Source of the DNA: an uncultured Methylomirabilota bacterium
GTDB lineage: Bacteria; Methylomirabilota; Methylomirabilia; Methylomirabilales; 2-02-FULL-66-22
NCBI GenBank assembly: GCA_963705305.1
Contig: OY970067.1
Location: 1,856,001-1,920,000, forward strand
DNA: 64,000 nucleotides
Direction: 5' to 3'
A program made the position numbers and the translations under genes. The notes below the pieces were generated by a model. It made no database searches. It saw nothing but the letters and a program-made list of their open reading frames with translations, and was not told the origin of the DNA. Of this stretch, positions 53,114 through 62,265 are shown piece after piece. Position 1 is the first letter of the stretch, and every line of letters begins with the position of its first letter.

Positions 53114-53860
53114 GTGGCAATAACCCTCCGGTATCTTGGCTGGTCGGCCTTTGAAATGAGTTTGGCCGATGGGCGGCGGATTGTCCTCGATCCACTACTC
53201 ACGGGAGCGCCCGACCAGGATGTGCCGCCGAGTCCGGCGAAGGTGGAGGAATTTGATAAGGCCAGCATGGTCCTGGTGACCCACGCAGCAGGGGATCACC
53301 TCGGGCAGGCGTTCGACATCCTCCGCCGGAGCAAAGCGACGCTGGTCTGCGATGTCGCTACCAGGTTCCTGGCCCTGGCGGCCGGCATTAGGAGAGAGCG
53401 CATTTACCACATGGTTCCCGGCGTCCAGTTCGAGTTTGAGGGCCTTCGCGTCAAGGCGCTCGCGGCCCAACATCTGTCATTTCGAGAGGTTGGCCCGAAC
53501 GCATACATCAGTGCGCCGCCTCTGAGCTATCTCGTGACCACCCCGGAGGGAGACCGCATCTTCCTGGGAGGCGACAGTGCGATCAGCAAGGATCATCAGC
53601 TGTTCGGGGAGTTATACGAACCGCAGATCGCCGTTCTCGGAGTTGGTGGAGTCAATGTAATGGGCCAGTCCTTTACGGAGCTTTACCCCGCGGAGGCGGC
53701 CCTCGTCGCCAAGTGGCTGAAGGTCCAAGTGGCGATCCCCATCCATTATCGCTTCGATGAAGGAGTGCGATTCGCACAGGAGCTGAAATCCCGCGCTCCG
53801 GGGGTCCGGGCCAAGCTGCTTCGTCCTGGCGAATTCTATCGGTACCCGGACCCGGCGTGA
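53114..53860 (+). CDS. Metallo-beta-lactamase-fold hydrolase
   Basis: LRYLGWSAF, LDPLL, VTHAAGDH, IPIHY. Confidence 0.82.
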   Translation: MAITLRYLGWSAFEMSLADGRRIVLDPLLTGAPDQDVPPSPAKVEEFDKASMVLVTHAAGDHLGQAFDILRRSKATLVCDVATRFLALAAGIRRERIYHMVPGVQFEFEGLRVKALAAQHLSFREVGPNAYISAPPLSYLVTTPEGDRIFLGGDSAISKDHQLFGELYEPQIAVLGVGGVNVMGQSFTELYPAEAALVAKWLKVQVAIPIHYRFDEGVRFAQELKSRAPGVRAKLLRPGEFYRYPDPA

Positions 53861-54316
53861 TTTGCCGGGGTCCGAAAGCAGGGTACCGGACACTTTTGCG
53901 AGGTGAGCGGCTGAGGTCCTTGAATGGCGCCCGCAATTCCTGCCGATCAAGGCGGTCGAGCCCCGGAGGCGCGAGCGCCGAGGGGGAGCTGGGACAATTC
54001 GAACTTCGGAATGCGAGTCTCGAAATGGAAGGAAACGGGATACAGGCAGCCCAACGCACCGCCTCCTGAGGGCGAAGAGGCGCAGAGGCAAACGAGATGG
54101 GGAGGCGACAGGGAGAGAGGGTGCGGGGGTGAAGACGCGTTGAGGGTTTTGTTAACTCAACGGACATGCCTATTGCGGGCAGGCGCCGTGGAGGCGCCGG
54201 GTCCCGCCAGCGGAGGTCCGGCCCGGCGTCCCTCCCCCAAATAGGCGTTGCCCCCGCGGGCCGAGCCGTGGTATGCGAGGGCGGTTCTCAACCCGCGGGC
54301 ACAGGAGGACACCTGC

Positions 54317-54970
54317 ATGGATTCGCGCGAGATCTGCGAGCGGTACGAGCGGTTGTACACGGGGGCGGTCGCCGACATCCTGGACGAGAAGGGGTACCGG
54401 TCCCAGTGCCTCGGCGCGGCGCTCCGGCCCCTGCTGCCCACCCGGCGGGCGGCCGGCTTTGCCTACCCGGCCCTGGGGGAGGCCTGCGCGGACGTGGGCT
54501 ACGACTGCCGGCCCGCCATCCTGACGTTTTTGGGCGGGATCCCCACGAATTCGATGGTGGTCTTCGACCCAGGCAAGGAGAAGGTCTGCGCCGCCTGGGG
54601 TGAGTTCATGGCGCTGGTGGCGCGAAACAACGGCTGCCGTGGCGTGGTCGTGGACGGGCCGATCCGCGACGCCGAGATGATCGTCCAGGCCGAGTTCCAG
54701 ATCTTCCACACCGGCTTCTGGCCGGTCTCCTCCGTCGGGCGCTGGCGGCCGGTCCACGCCGGCCACCCGGTCCGCTTCCAGGGGGTCGAGGTGCGGCCCG
54801 GGGACCTGGTCCTCGGCGACGTCGACGGGGTGGTGGTGGTGCCGCGGCCCCTGGTGGAGGAGGTGCTCCTGGCCGCCGAGGGCTGCTACCAGGCCGAGCG
54901 GAGCATGAAGGAGGAATTGCGGGCCGGCAAGACCATGGCAGAGGTCTTCGAGAAGTACGGCCGCTGGTGA
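54317..54970 (+). CDS. RraA/HMG-aldolase family protein
   Basis: AAWGEFM, VVDGPIRD, VRPGDLVLGDVDGVVVVP. Confidence 0.88.
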   Translation: MDSREICERYERLYTGAVADILDEKGYRSQCLGAALRPLLPTRRAAGFAYPALGEACADVGYDCRPAILTFLGGIPTNSMVVFDPGKEKVCAAWGEFMALVARNNGCRGVVVDGPIRDAEMIVQAEFQIFHTGFWPVSSVGRWRPVHAGHPVRFQGVEVRPGDLVLGDVDGVVVVPRPLVEEVLLAAEGCYQAERSMKEELRAGKTMAEVFEKYGRW

Positions 54971-55028
54971 GGGCCGGGACCCACGATGCCCCCAGGCTTC
55001 GCGAGCATCGCGCTCCCGGTCCCGCCGC

Positions 55029-56033
55029 CTATTCCTTCCGGCCTGCCTGCCCGGCCTCGATCATGGCCCGGATGTTGTCCACGGGCGTGTCCGGCGCGAC
55101 GGCGCATCCGGCATTGAGGATGTCCACGCCCTCGGCGAGGCACTGCCTGGCCGCAGCAGCCACTTCGCCGGACGAGCCGTCGCGAAGGAGCGAGGTCGGC
55201 AGGTACCCGATCAGGGCCGCCCGGCCCTTGAGATGCGCGCGGGCGGCCGCGATGTCGGTCTTCGCGTCGAAGCTGACGCCGCGAAATCCGGCGGCCGCCA
55301 GGTGCGGCAGCTGCCGGGTCAGGTCGCCACAGATGTGGATGATAAGCGGGCGGCCGATGCCCCCTGTCAGCCGGCGGTGGGAGGGGAAGACGTGCTCCAA
55401 GTACTGGGTCGGGGAGATGAGGTCCCCGGAAGCGGTGGGATCCCCGACCTGGATGAGGTGGGCCCCGGCGGCGTACTGGGCCTCGAGGTAGCGCGCCTCC
55501 AGGCGCGCAGCGGTCGCGACAACCGCCCGCACCTTTTCCGGCTCGTCGAGCATCCACACCAAGAGGGTCTCCACGCCGAATAGGCAGCCGGCCAGCGTGA
55601 AGGGGCCGAGCACCGAGGCGATGACCGGCACGCGCCCGCCGTACTGTCTCCGGGCGATCCGGATGGCCTCCAGGACTACCGGAAAGCGGCCGCGGGCCAG
55701 GAGGTCGTCGGCGAGGGTAAACTCCTCCGGCGTGCGGAAGGGCGGCGTTCGGAGCCTGGGCAGCGCGGTCTGGGTCCCGAAATCGACCTCACCCCCCAGG
55801 GCCTCCGACTCCACCGTCATGTCGATGGGCACCTTCACCGACTCCAGGCCGCAGACGAGGTGCGCCGCCGCGCCGGCACGCGCCATCTGCTCGGGATCGC
55901 GGTGGGCATCCGGCCAGCGCGTCCCCACCTGCCGCATGAGGTCGACGGTCACGACGCTGGTCACGCCCATCACGGGGGCACGATCCACCGGCTGCAGGTT
56001 CAGGACACGCTGAAGTCGTTCGACCGGATTCAC
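55029..56033 (-). CDS. MtaA/CmuA (UroD-fold) methylcobamide methyltransferase
   Basis: WPDAH, VESEALG, GPFTLA, IHICGD, AGCAV. Confidence 0.82.
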   Translation of the reverse strand: MNPVERLQRVLNLQPVDRAPVMGVTSVVTVDLMRQVGTRWPDAHRDPEQMARAGAAAHLVCGLESVKVPIDMTVESEALGGEVDFGTQTALPRLRTPPFRTPEEFTLADDLLARGRFPVVLEAIRIARRQYGGRVPVIASVLGPFTLAGCLFGVETLLVWMLDEPEKVRAVVATAARLEARYLEAQYAAGAHLIQVGDPTASGDLISPTQYLEHVFPSHRRLTGGIGRPLIIHICGDLTRQLPHLAAAGFRGVSFDAKTDIAAARAHLKGRAALIGYLPTSLLRDGSSGEVAAAARQCLAEGVDILNAGCAVAPDTPVDNIRAMIEAGQAGRKE

Positions 56034-56162
56034 TCACGCCTCGCTTTCGTGAAAGGGCTCGACACCGGGACATACTTCTATCGCCTCCACCGTCCCGGCG
56101 GCAACCCCTTTCTTCCGCTCCCCAGTGCGAATCCCTGATCCCTTCGACGAGGCCCTCCGGCG

Positions 56163-57017
56163 CTAGCGAACTCGCTCAAGGAGCCGGCGGAGGCCGGCCA
56201 GGGACTCCCGCACGCCGTCCTCCGGACGCCCGCCCGGCGGGACGTAATGGTTCTCCAGCGTGATCACCCCCCGGTAGCCATCCTCGGCCAGCGCGCGGAG
56301 CTGTCCCAGCAGATCAACCTCTCCGGTTCCCAGCGCCACCCATCGCGCCATGCCGGTGGCGGGGTCCCGCACGGCATCCTTGACATGGACGTGCCCGACG
56401 AGGTGCTTCACCCGCCGGTAGCCGTCCGGGAAGGGCACCTCCCCGCCGAAGTAGGCGTTTCCCGGATCCCAGAGGAGCCGCAGGGTGGGCGAGTCCAGCT
56501 CGTCGAGGAGGCGCGCCGCCTCCGCGCCTGTCCCCACGTTGCACTCGTAGTCGTTCTCCATCACCAGGGTCATCCCCTCCTGCCGGGCCAGGGCGATCGC
56601 CTCCTGCAATCGCCGGTGAAGCGCCGGCCAGAATGCGCCGGGGTCGCCCTCGATGCGCCAGAAGGAGAAGCACCGGATCAGGCGGGTCTCCAGGAGCCTG
56701 GCGATGCCGAAGGCCCGGCGCAGGACATCCATCTCGCCCGCCTCATCCCGGGGCCGGGCGTGGTGGGTCTCGGCAGGGGCTGTCCCCCGACCTCCGAGGT
56801 AGCACTTAAACAGCGGCGCGGCGACGCAGGGGACACGCAGGCCCCGCTCCCGGATGGTCTTGCAGACCTCCAGCACCGTCTCCTGCGGCTGGTCTGCCAG
56901 GTTCTTGCCCCAGGCGCTGCGAATCTCGATCCAGCGGAGCCCCAGCTCCTGGACGACGTCGAGCGCCCGGGGAAGGTCCTGGTCGATGTCATCGGCGAAG
57001 ACGGCCAGCTCGAACAT
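56163..57017 (-). CDS. Sugar phosphate isomerase/epimerase (TIM barrel)
   Basis: VMEND, LWDPGN, HVHVKD, ITLENH. Confidence 0.85.
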   Translation of the reverse strand: MFELAVFADDIDQDLPRALDVVQELGLRWIEIRSAWGKNLADQPQETVLEVCKTIRERGLRVPCVAAPLFKCYLGGRGTAPAETHHARPRDEAGEMDVLRRAFGIARLLETRLIRCFSFWRIEGDPGAFWPALHRRLQEAIALARQEGMTLVMENDYECNVGTGAEAARLLDELDSPTLRLLWDPGNAYFGGEVPFPDGYRRVKHLVGHVHVKDAVRDPATGMARWVALGTGEVDLLGQLRALAEDGYRGVITLENHYVPPGGRPEDGVRESLAGLRRLLERVR

Positions 57018-57126
57018 GGGATCCTCCGTGCGGCTTCCGCCGATCACGTCAGGCGGGGACTAGGTGAGGCCGCCAGCATTTCCGGCTCGTAGTGGGCCAG
57101 CGTCGATCCGGGTCCGCGCATGGCGC

Positions 57127-58143
57127 TCACCCGCCTGAGCGCCAGTGGACGATGAGGCCGAGGTGCGACTCCGAATTGTCGCGAAGCATGGCGTGGGCGC
57201 CCAGGGCCCGGTCCATGTCGAGCTCATCGGTGATCAGCCCCTCGGTCGTAAGGTCGCCCGCCGCCATAAGATCGAGGGCCAGGCGCAGGTTCCGCAGGCG
57301 GGGCCATACGTGGCCGGCGTCGAAGGGCAGCGCGGTCTCGTGTCCCCCGACCAGGCGGAGGGCCTTCCGGTGCACCAGGCTGTAGACATCGAGGGCGACG
57401 GTCCCGCGGGTGGAGCCGAGCAGGACGACCCTGCCGCCCCGGGCCGCCGCCTCCAGGGCGATGGCGACCAGGGCCGGATTGCCCGTGGCCTCCACGACGA
57501 TGTCCGCCCCGCCGGCCCCCAGGGCCCGCTCCAGGGCGATCGGGATCTCCTCGCGCGAGGTGTCGACAGGGAGGATGCCCATGCCTTCGGCCAGGCGCAG
57601 CCGCGAGGCCAGCCGGTCCACGCCCGCCACGGGCCGGGCGCCGGCCAGACGGTACAGCTGGCCGGCCAGCAGGCCGACGAGTCCCAGCCCCAGGATGACG
57701 ACGTGCTCGCCCAGCTCGGGCGGGGCCAGGCGCAGGGCCGTGAAGGCGATGCCGGCCAGGCGGGCGAGCGTCGCCCGGGCGCCAGGGACGCCGTCCGGCA
57801 CCGGCACCACGGCGTGGGTCCGCGTGTCGGCCACGGCGAAGGTGCCGTGTCCGGCCTCCATGAGGACCCGCTGTCCCACCTGCAGCCCGCGCACCTCGCT
57901 CCCCAGAGCGTGGACCTCGCCCACCATGGCGTAGCCCGGCCGGTGCGGCATCAGGGGGAACGGCGGCCGGGGCAGGCTGAACCCGATGTGGCTGCCGGTG
58001 AAGATGGCCAGCTCTGTCCCGGGGCTGACCAGGCTGCAGAGCGAGCGCGCGACGACGGCATGGGCCTCGGGGGGCTCGGGAATCTCGAAATGCTCCCAGG
58101 CGGCCTGGTTGACCTCGGGGAACAGCAATCGCAGGGCCTGCAC
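57127..58143 (-). CDS. MDR-family (Zn-binding) dehydrogenase
   Basis: SLVSPGTE, PGYAMVG, GLGLVG, VVEATG. Confidence 0.85.
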   Translation of the reverse strand: MQALRLLFPEVNQAAWEHFEIPEPPEAHAVVARSLCSLVSPGTELAIFTGSHIGFSLPRPPFPLMPHRPGYAMVGEVHALGSEVRGLQVGQRVLMEAGHGTFAVADTRTHAVVPVPDGVPGARATLARLAGIAFTALRLAPPELGEHVVILGLGLVGLLAGQLYRLAGARPVAGVDRLASRLRLAEGMGILPVDTSREEIPIALERALGAGGADIVVEATGNPALVAIALEAAARGGRVVLLGSTRGTVALDVYSLVHRKALRLVGGHETALPFDAGHVWPRLRNLRLALDLMAAGDLTTEGLITDELDMDRALGAHAMLRDNSESHLGLIVHWRSGG

Positions 58144-58171
58144 AGACGCCTCCTTGTCGGGGCCGGCGGGA

Positions 58172-59029
58172 TTATCCCTTCAGGCCGGTGGTGGCAATCC
58201 CGCTCACCAGGTACCGCTGAAGGACGGCGAAGACCACCGTGACGGGGATGATGGAGAGCACGGTCATGGCCAGGACGTAATTCCAGTCGGTCACCAGCTC
58301 GCCCCGGAAGCGGGCGAGGCCCAGCTGCAGGGTGAAGAGGCGATCCTGGTTGATCACAATGAGGGGCCAGAGGAAGTCGTTCCACCGCCACATGACGGAG
58401 AACACGGTGAGCACCGCCAGCGCCGGTCGTGTGAGCGGCAGGACGACCTGCCAGAAGACCCGGAACTCGCCGGCCCCGTCGATGCGCGCCGCCTCGAGCA
58501 GCTCGTCCGGGATGGTCAGCATGTACTGCCGCAGGAGGAACACCCCGGTGGGCGTCGCCGACGGGGGGATGATGATGCCCCAGAGGGAGTTTGCCATGCC
58601 GAGCTTGGCGATCACCAGGTACACCGGCAGCATGATGACCTGCAGCGGGATCATGAGGGTGCCGAGGATCACCAGGAAGACGGCATCCCGGCCGGGGAAA
58701 CGGTACTTGCTGAGGGCGAAGGCCGCCATGGAGTTGATGCTGAGGGTGAGCGCGGTCGCCGTCACCGTCACCGTCACGCTGTTCGCCAGGTAGCGCAGGA
58801 ACGGGAAGCGCACGAGGGCGCCCGAGTAGTTGGTCACGATCCAGTGCCGCGGCAGGAAGGTGGGTGGAATATGGTAGATCTCGCTCAGGCCCTTGAAGGA
58901 CGACAGGGCAATCCAGAGCACCGGCAGGAACATCACCGCGGTGCCGAGCACCAGACAGCCGTACGCCCCGATCGTGGCCGCGTCCACCCGTCCGCTGCGC
59001 GGCTGCGCCATCGTGACAGAGGTCGTCAT
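58172..59029 (-). CDS. Carbohydrate ABC permease (MalG-like)
   Basis: IPDELLEAARIDGA, WNDFLWP. Confidence 0.92.
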   Translation of the reverse strand: MTTSVTMAQPRSGRVDAATIGAYGCLVLGTAVMFLPVLWIALSSFKGLSEIYHIPPTFLPRHWIVTNYSGALVRFPFLRYLANSVTVTVTATALTLSINSMAAFALSKYRFPGRDAVFLVILGTLMIPLQVIMLPVYLVIAKLGMANSLWGIIIPPSATPTGVFLLRQYMLTIPDELLEAARIDGAGEFRVFWQVVLPLTRPALAVLTVFSVMWRWNDFLWPLIVINQDRLFTLQLGLARFRGELVTDWNYVLAMTVLSIIPVTVVFAVLQRYLVSGIATTGLKG

Positions 59030-59039
59030 GCTGGCTCCC

Positions 59040-59921
59040 TCACATCGACTCCCGCGACCGGCCGAGGAGGTATTGCGTGACCGTCAGGGTGAAGATCACC
59101 ACGAACAGCACCAGCGAGGCGGCGGCCGCCAGCCCGAACTGGTCGAGCTGGAACGCGGAACGGTAGATGTACTGGACGATCAGGAGCGTGGCCGTCCCCG
59201 GCCCGCCGCCGGTCAGCACGTAGATGTGGTCGAAGACCTCGAAGCTCCGGATCATGCTGAGGATCAGGACCACCATCATGGTCGGCATCAGCATGGGCAA
59301 CGTCACGTGACGGAAGCCCGCCCACCGGCCGGCGCCGTCGATTCGGGCCGCCTCGTACAGGCTGGCGGGGATGGATTGCAGGCCGGCGAGCACGATCATC
59401 GCGAAGAATCCCAGCGTTGCCCAGACGTGGACGAAGATGGCCCAGAACATGGCCCAGTCCGCGCGGAGCAACCAGGGCTGCCGCGCGAGGCCCAGGTCCT
59501 GCAGCACGGCGTTCAGCACGCCGAACCGGTTGTTCAGGATCCACTGCCACACGAGGGCCACCACGACGGGCGACAGGAGGACCGGGAAGAAGAAAGCGCT
59601 CCGGAAGAACCCGCGAAGGCGGACGTTCTGGTTCAGCAGCACGCCGATCAGGACCGACAGCAGGGTGATCAGGCCGACGTCGCCCACCACGAAGACCACG
59701 AGGTTCTGCATGGCCCGCCAGAACAGGTCGTCCTGCTGGGCCAGGTAGCGAAAGTTCGCGAGGCCGGCGAACTCGGGGGGGTGGTAGGGCGAGGTCCGGA
59801 ACAGGCTGAGGTAGAAGTTGTACAGGGCCGGGGCGATGATGAAGATGGCAAAGACGGCCAAGTTGGGCGAGAGGAACAGGTACGGCGTGATCCTGATCCG
59901 ACCACGGCGGGATGCTTGCAT
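59040..59921 (-). CDS. Carbohydrate ABC permease (MalF-like; start may be 59945)
   Basis: PYLFLSP, LAGLQSIP..LYEAARIDGA, TGGGPG. Confidence 0.9.
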   Translation of the reverse strand: MQASRRGRIRITPYLFLSPNLAVFAIFIIAPALYNFYLSLFRTSPYHPPEFAGLANFRYLAQQDDLFWRAMQNLVVFVVGDVGLITLLSVLIGVLLNQNVRLRGFFRSAFFFPVLLSPVVVALVWQWILNNRFGVLNAVLQDLGLARQPWLLRADWAMFWAIFVHVWATLGFFAMIVLAGLQSIPASLYEAARIDGAGRWAGFRHVTLPMLMPTMMVVLILSMIRSFEVFDHIYVLTGGGPGTATLLIVQYIYRSAFQLDQFGLAAAASLVLFVVIFTLTVTQYLLGRSRESM

Positions 59922-59975
59922 GGCGGCCGGCCTCCAGCCCGACATTGCGCCGGGTGAGCGATGGCCGCCGCCGAC

Positions 59976-60013
59976 CCCTCGGGGCAGGGGCCGGCGGCGG
60001 ACTGCCCCGAGGG
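59976..60013 (-). other. Hairpin after the substrate-binding protein gene
   Basis: 12-bp stem CCCTCGGGGCAG/CTGCCCCGAGGG. Confidence 0.55.
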
Positions 60014-61270
60014 CTACTGCCTGATCAGCTCCTTGGCCTTGGCCTGGGCCAGCCCCAGCGCCTTGTCGACCGTGAGCTCGCCGGTGATGGCCTGGGTCAC
60101 GCGGTCGCGGACCTCGTTGGCGACGGGGCCGAAGTGGAGGTTGTAGTTGTCCACGTACGCCGACTGCGGGAGCTGCCCCAGGCCCTTGACGAAGGTGTTC
60201 ATGTCCTCGTTCCGCACCGGGTACTTCACCCCCCGCCGGACGAGGTCCTTCCGCGTCGGCAGGAACATCGCCTGGCTGACGTACTCGGTCATGGCCTTGG
60301 CGCTGCCCAGGAATTCCATGAGGCGGGCGACCTTGTCGGGCGCCTTGGTGTTCTTGAAGGCGATGATGAACTTGCCGCCCGGCATGCCACCGTGCTGGCC
60401 GTCGTAGCCGTTCATGACCGCCTTCCACTCGAACTTGGTGCCGATGGCCTCGTCGAACTGGGAGACCTGCCAGTTGCCGGAGATGTAGAACACGAGCTGG
60501 CCGTTGACGAACTGCTGGTTGGCGCCCACGTAGCCCGTCCCGCCGGCCCAGATGTCCAGGGGCATCGTCCCGTTCTTGTGGAAGCCCACGAAGGCCTCGA
60601 CCCCCTTCCGGGTCTCCGGGCTGGTGATGCGGACGTCCTTCCCGTCGGCGGTGAAGTAGCCGCCGCCGTAGGACTGGAGGAAGCCGTCCAGGCGATGCCC
60701 GCTGCGGTCCGCCGTCGCCGCGAAGGCCACCCCGGTGGCCTTCTGGACCTTGGCCGGCGCCGCCATCCACTCCTCCCAGGTCACCCGATCGCCGGCGGGC
60801 AGGGGAACGCCGGCCTGCTTGAACAGGCTCACGTTGACGAAGGGCCCGTTCATGGTGAGATCGTGGGGGATGCCGAACACTTCCCCCTTCGGGCCGGTGA
60901 CGGACTTCACCGGCTCGTCCAGGAACTCCTTGATGAAGGTGCGGTTCTTGAGGTACGGCCGCAGATCCAGCGCGTACTGGAAGTAGCGGTACGGCTCGTT
61001 GACGCGGGCCAGGTCGGGCGCCTGGCCGCCGGAGGCCTGCGTGACGAGGAGCTGATTCAGCTCGGCGAAGGGGACGATCGAGAACTCGATCTTGATATCG
61101 GGGTTGGCCTCATTGAACTTCTTCACCAGCCCTTCGATGGCCGGCTTGTCCGGCCCATCCGTGAACCAGAGGAAGCGCAGGGTCGTCACCTGGGCCTCGG
61201 CGGGCGGTCCTGCGACCAGGGCCATCCCGAGGAGGAGCAGGACTGCTGCGAGCAGAGCAGCTCTCTTCAT
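60014..61270 (-). CDS. Sugar ABC substrate-binding protein
   Basis: Signal peptide; KFNEANPDIKIE, APDLA. Confidence 0.9.
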   Translation of the reverse strand: MKRAALLAAVLLLLGMALVAGPPAEAQVTTLRFLWFTDGPDKPAIEGLVKKFNEANPDIKIEFSIVPFAELNQLLVTQASGGQAPDLARVNEPYRYFQYALDLRPYLKNRTFIKEFLDEPVKSVTGPKGEVFGIPHDLTMNGPFVNVSLFKQAGVPLPAGDRVTWEEWMAAPAKVQKATGVAFAATADRSGHRLDGFLQSYGGGYFTADGKDVRITSPETRKGVEAFVGFHKNGTMPLDIWAGGTGYVGANQQFVNGQLVFYISGNWQVSQFDEAIGTKFEWKAVMNGYDGQHGGMPGGKFIIAFKNTKAPDKVARLMEFLGSAKAMTEYVSQAMFLPTRKDLVRRGVKYPVRNEDMNTFVKGLGQLPQSAYVDNYNLHFGPVANEVRDRVTQAITGELTVDKALGLAQAKAKELIRQ

Positions 61271-61449
61271 GGGGTCCCCCTTGCCCTTGCGGGCTTCGCC
61301 GGTCAATCAGACGCGGGCCATTTCACAGGATGATGAGCGGCTGTCCGCCTCCAAAAACGCCGCGCAGGCCGGGCGCCCCCCCGCCGGCGTGCCAGCGGCC
61401 GGGACGCCCGCGCGGCAGTCCTCGAAGACGCTGTCACAGGTGTTCACCA

Positions 61450-61607
61450 GGTTGTCCTTGGAAAATCGTCGGGCGCAGAGCTGCGCGAGCCAGTCCTTGA
61501 GGAAGGCGTGCCCGTCCCGGCCGTCGGTCCGCCACTCGGTGATCGAGGGGAGGTGTCAGAGACGCGCCCCGTACCATGCTGCCGCCGCCGACGAACGTGA
61601 TCTTCAT
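61450..61607 (-). pseudogene. GH4 glycosidase relic
   Basis: MKITFVGGGS start fused to an internal-like ITEWRTDGRDGHAFLKDWL segment. Confidence 0.5.
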
Positions 61608-62039
61608 CGTGACCTGCGTCCCGTCCGTATGATGGCGAAGCGGCCAACGATTAACCCACGTGCACGGCCAAGTCAAGGGAATTGCTGGCTGACTGACGTG
61701 GTTCCCGAAGCCGCTCGCAGGCCGTTTTGGGTCCCCCAGCACCCGCGCATCCGCAGCGATCAGCCTCCTCCGCTGCCCGCTGGCCTCTCGCCGAGACGAA
61801 AGTGCGCGGCAACCCGCTGGAAGGCTGCGAGCTGCCTCGACTCCGAACCGGAGCCGTATTCCAGTTTATGCGCCATGAGCGAGACGCCCTTCGGCGCTTG
61901 ACTCTGCGACCCTGGCCGTGGTAGCGTCCCTGCCGTTCGACTTCCTGGGCTTTTTCCCGTCACGATTCGGCCGCCCCCGGCCGGTCCCGCCCGATCGGCC
62001 CGCGTCCGAGCGAGGCTGACTTTCCCAACTTCCTCTCCC

Positions 62040-62261
62040 GTTCGCGTGCAGATGCAGACGGAGATGACCGCGCTGCACCAGCGCCTCAAGACAACGATGA
62101 TCTCCGTCACGCACGACCAGATCGAAGCGATGGCGATGCCCGTCAAGATCGTCGTGCTGCGCGGGGGACGCGTCGAGCTCCTCGAACCGCGGGGCGCGAC
62201 GGCCTTCCTGTATTGCACGCTGCCGAGCGGAGAGAAGCTGGCGGCGCGCCCCGAGGCCTGA
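62040..62261 (+). pseudogene. MalK-type ABC ATPase relic
   Basis: [30 protein letters not shown]; no Walker A. Confidence 0.7.
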
Positions 62262-62265
62262 GGCG

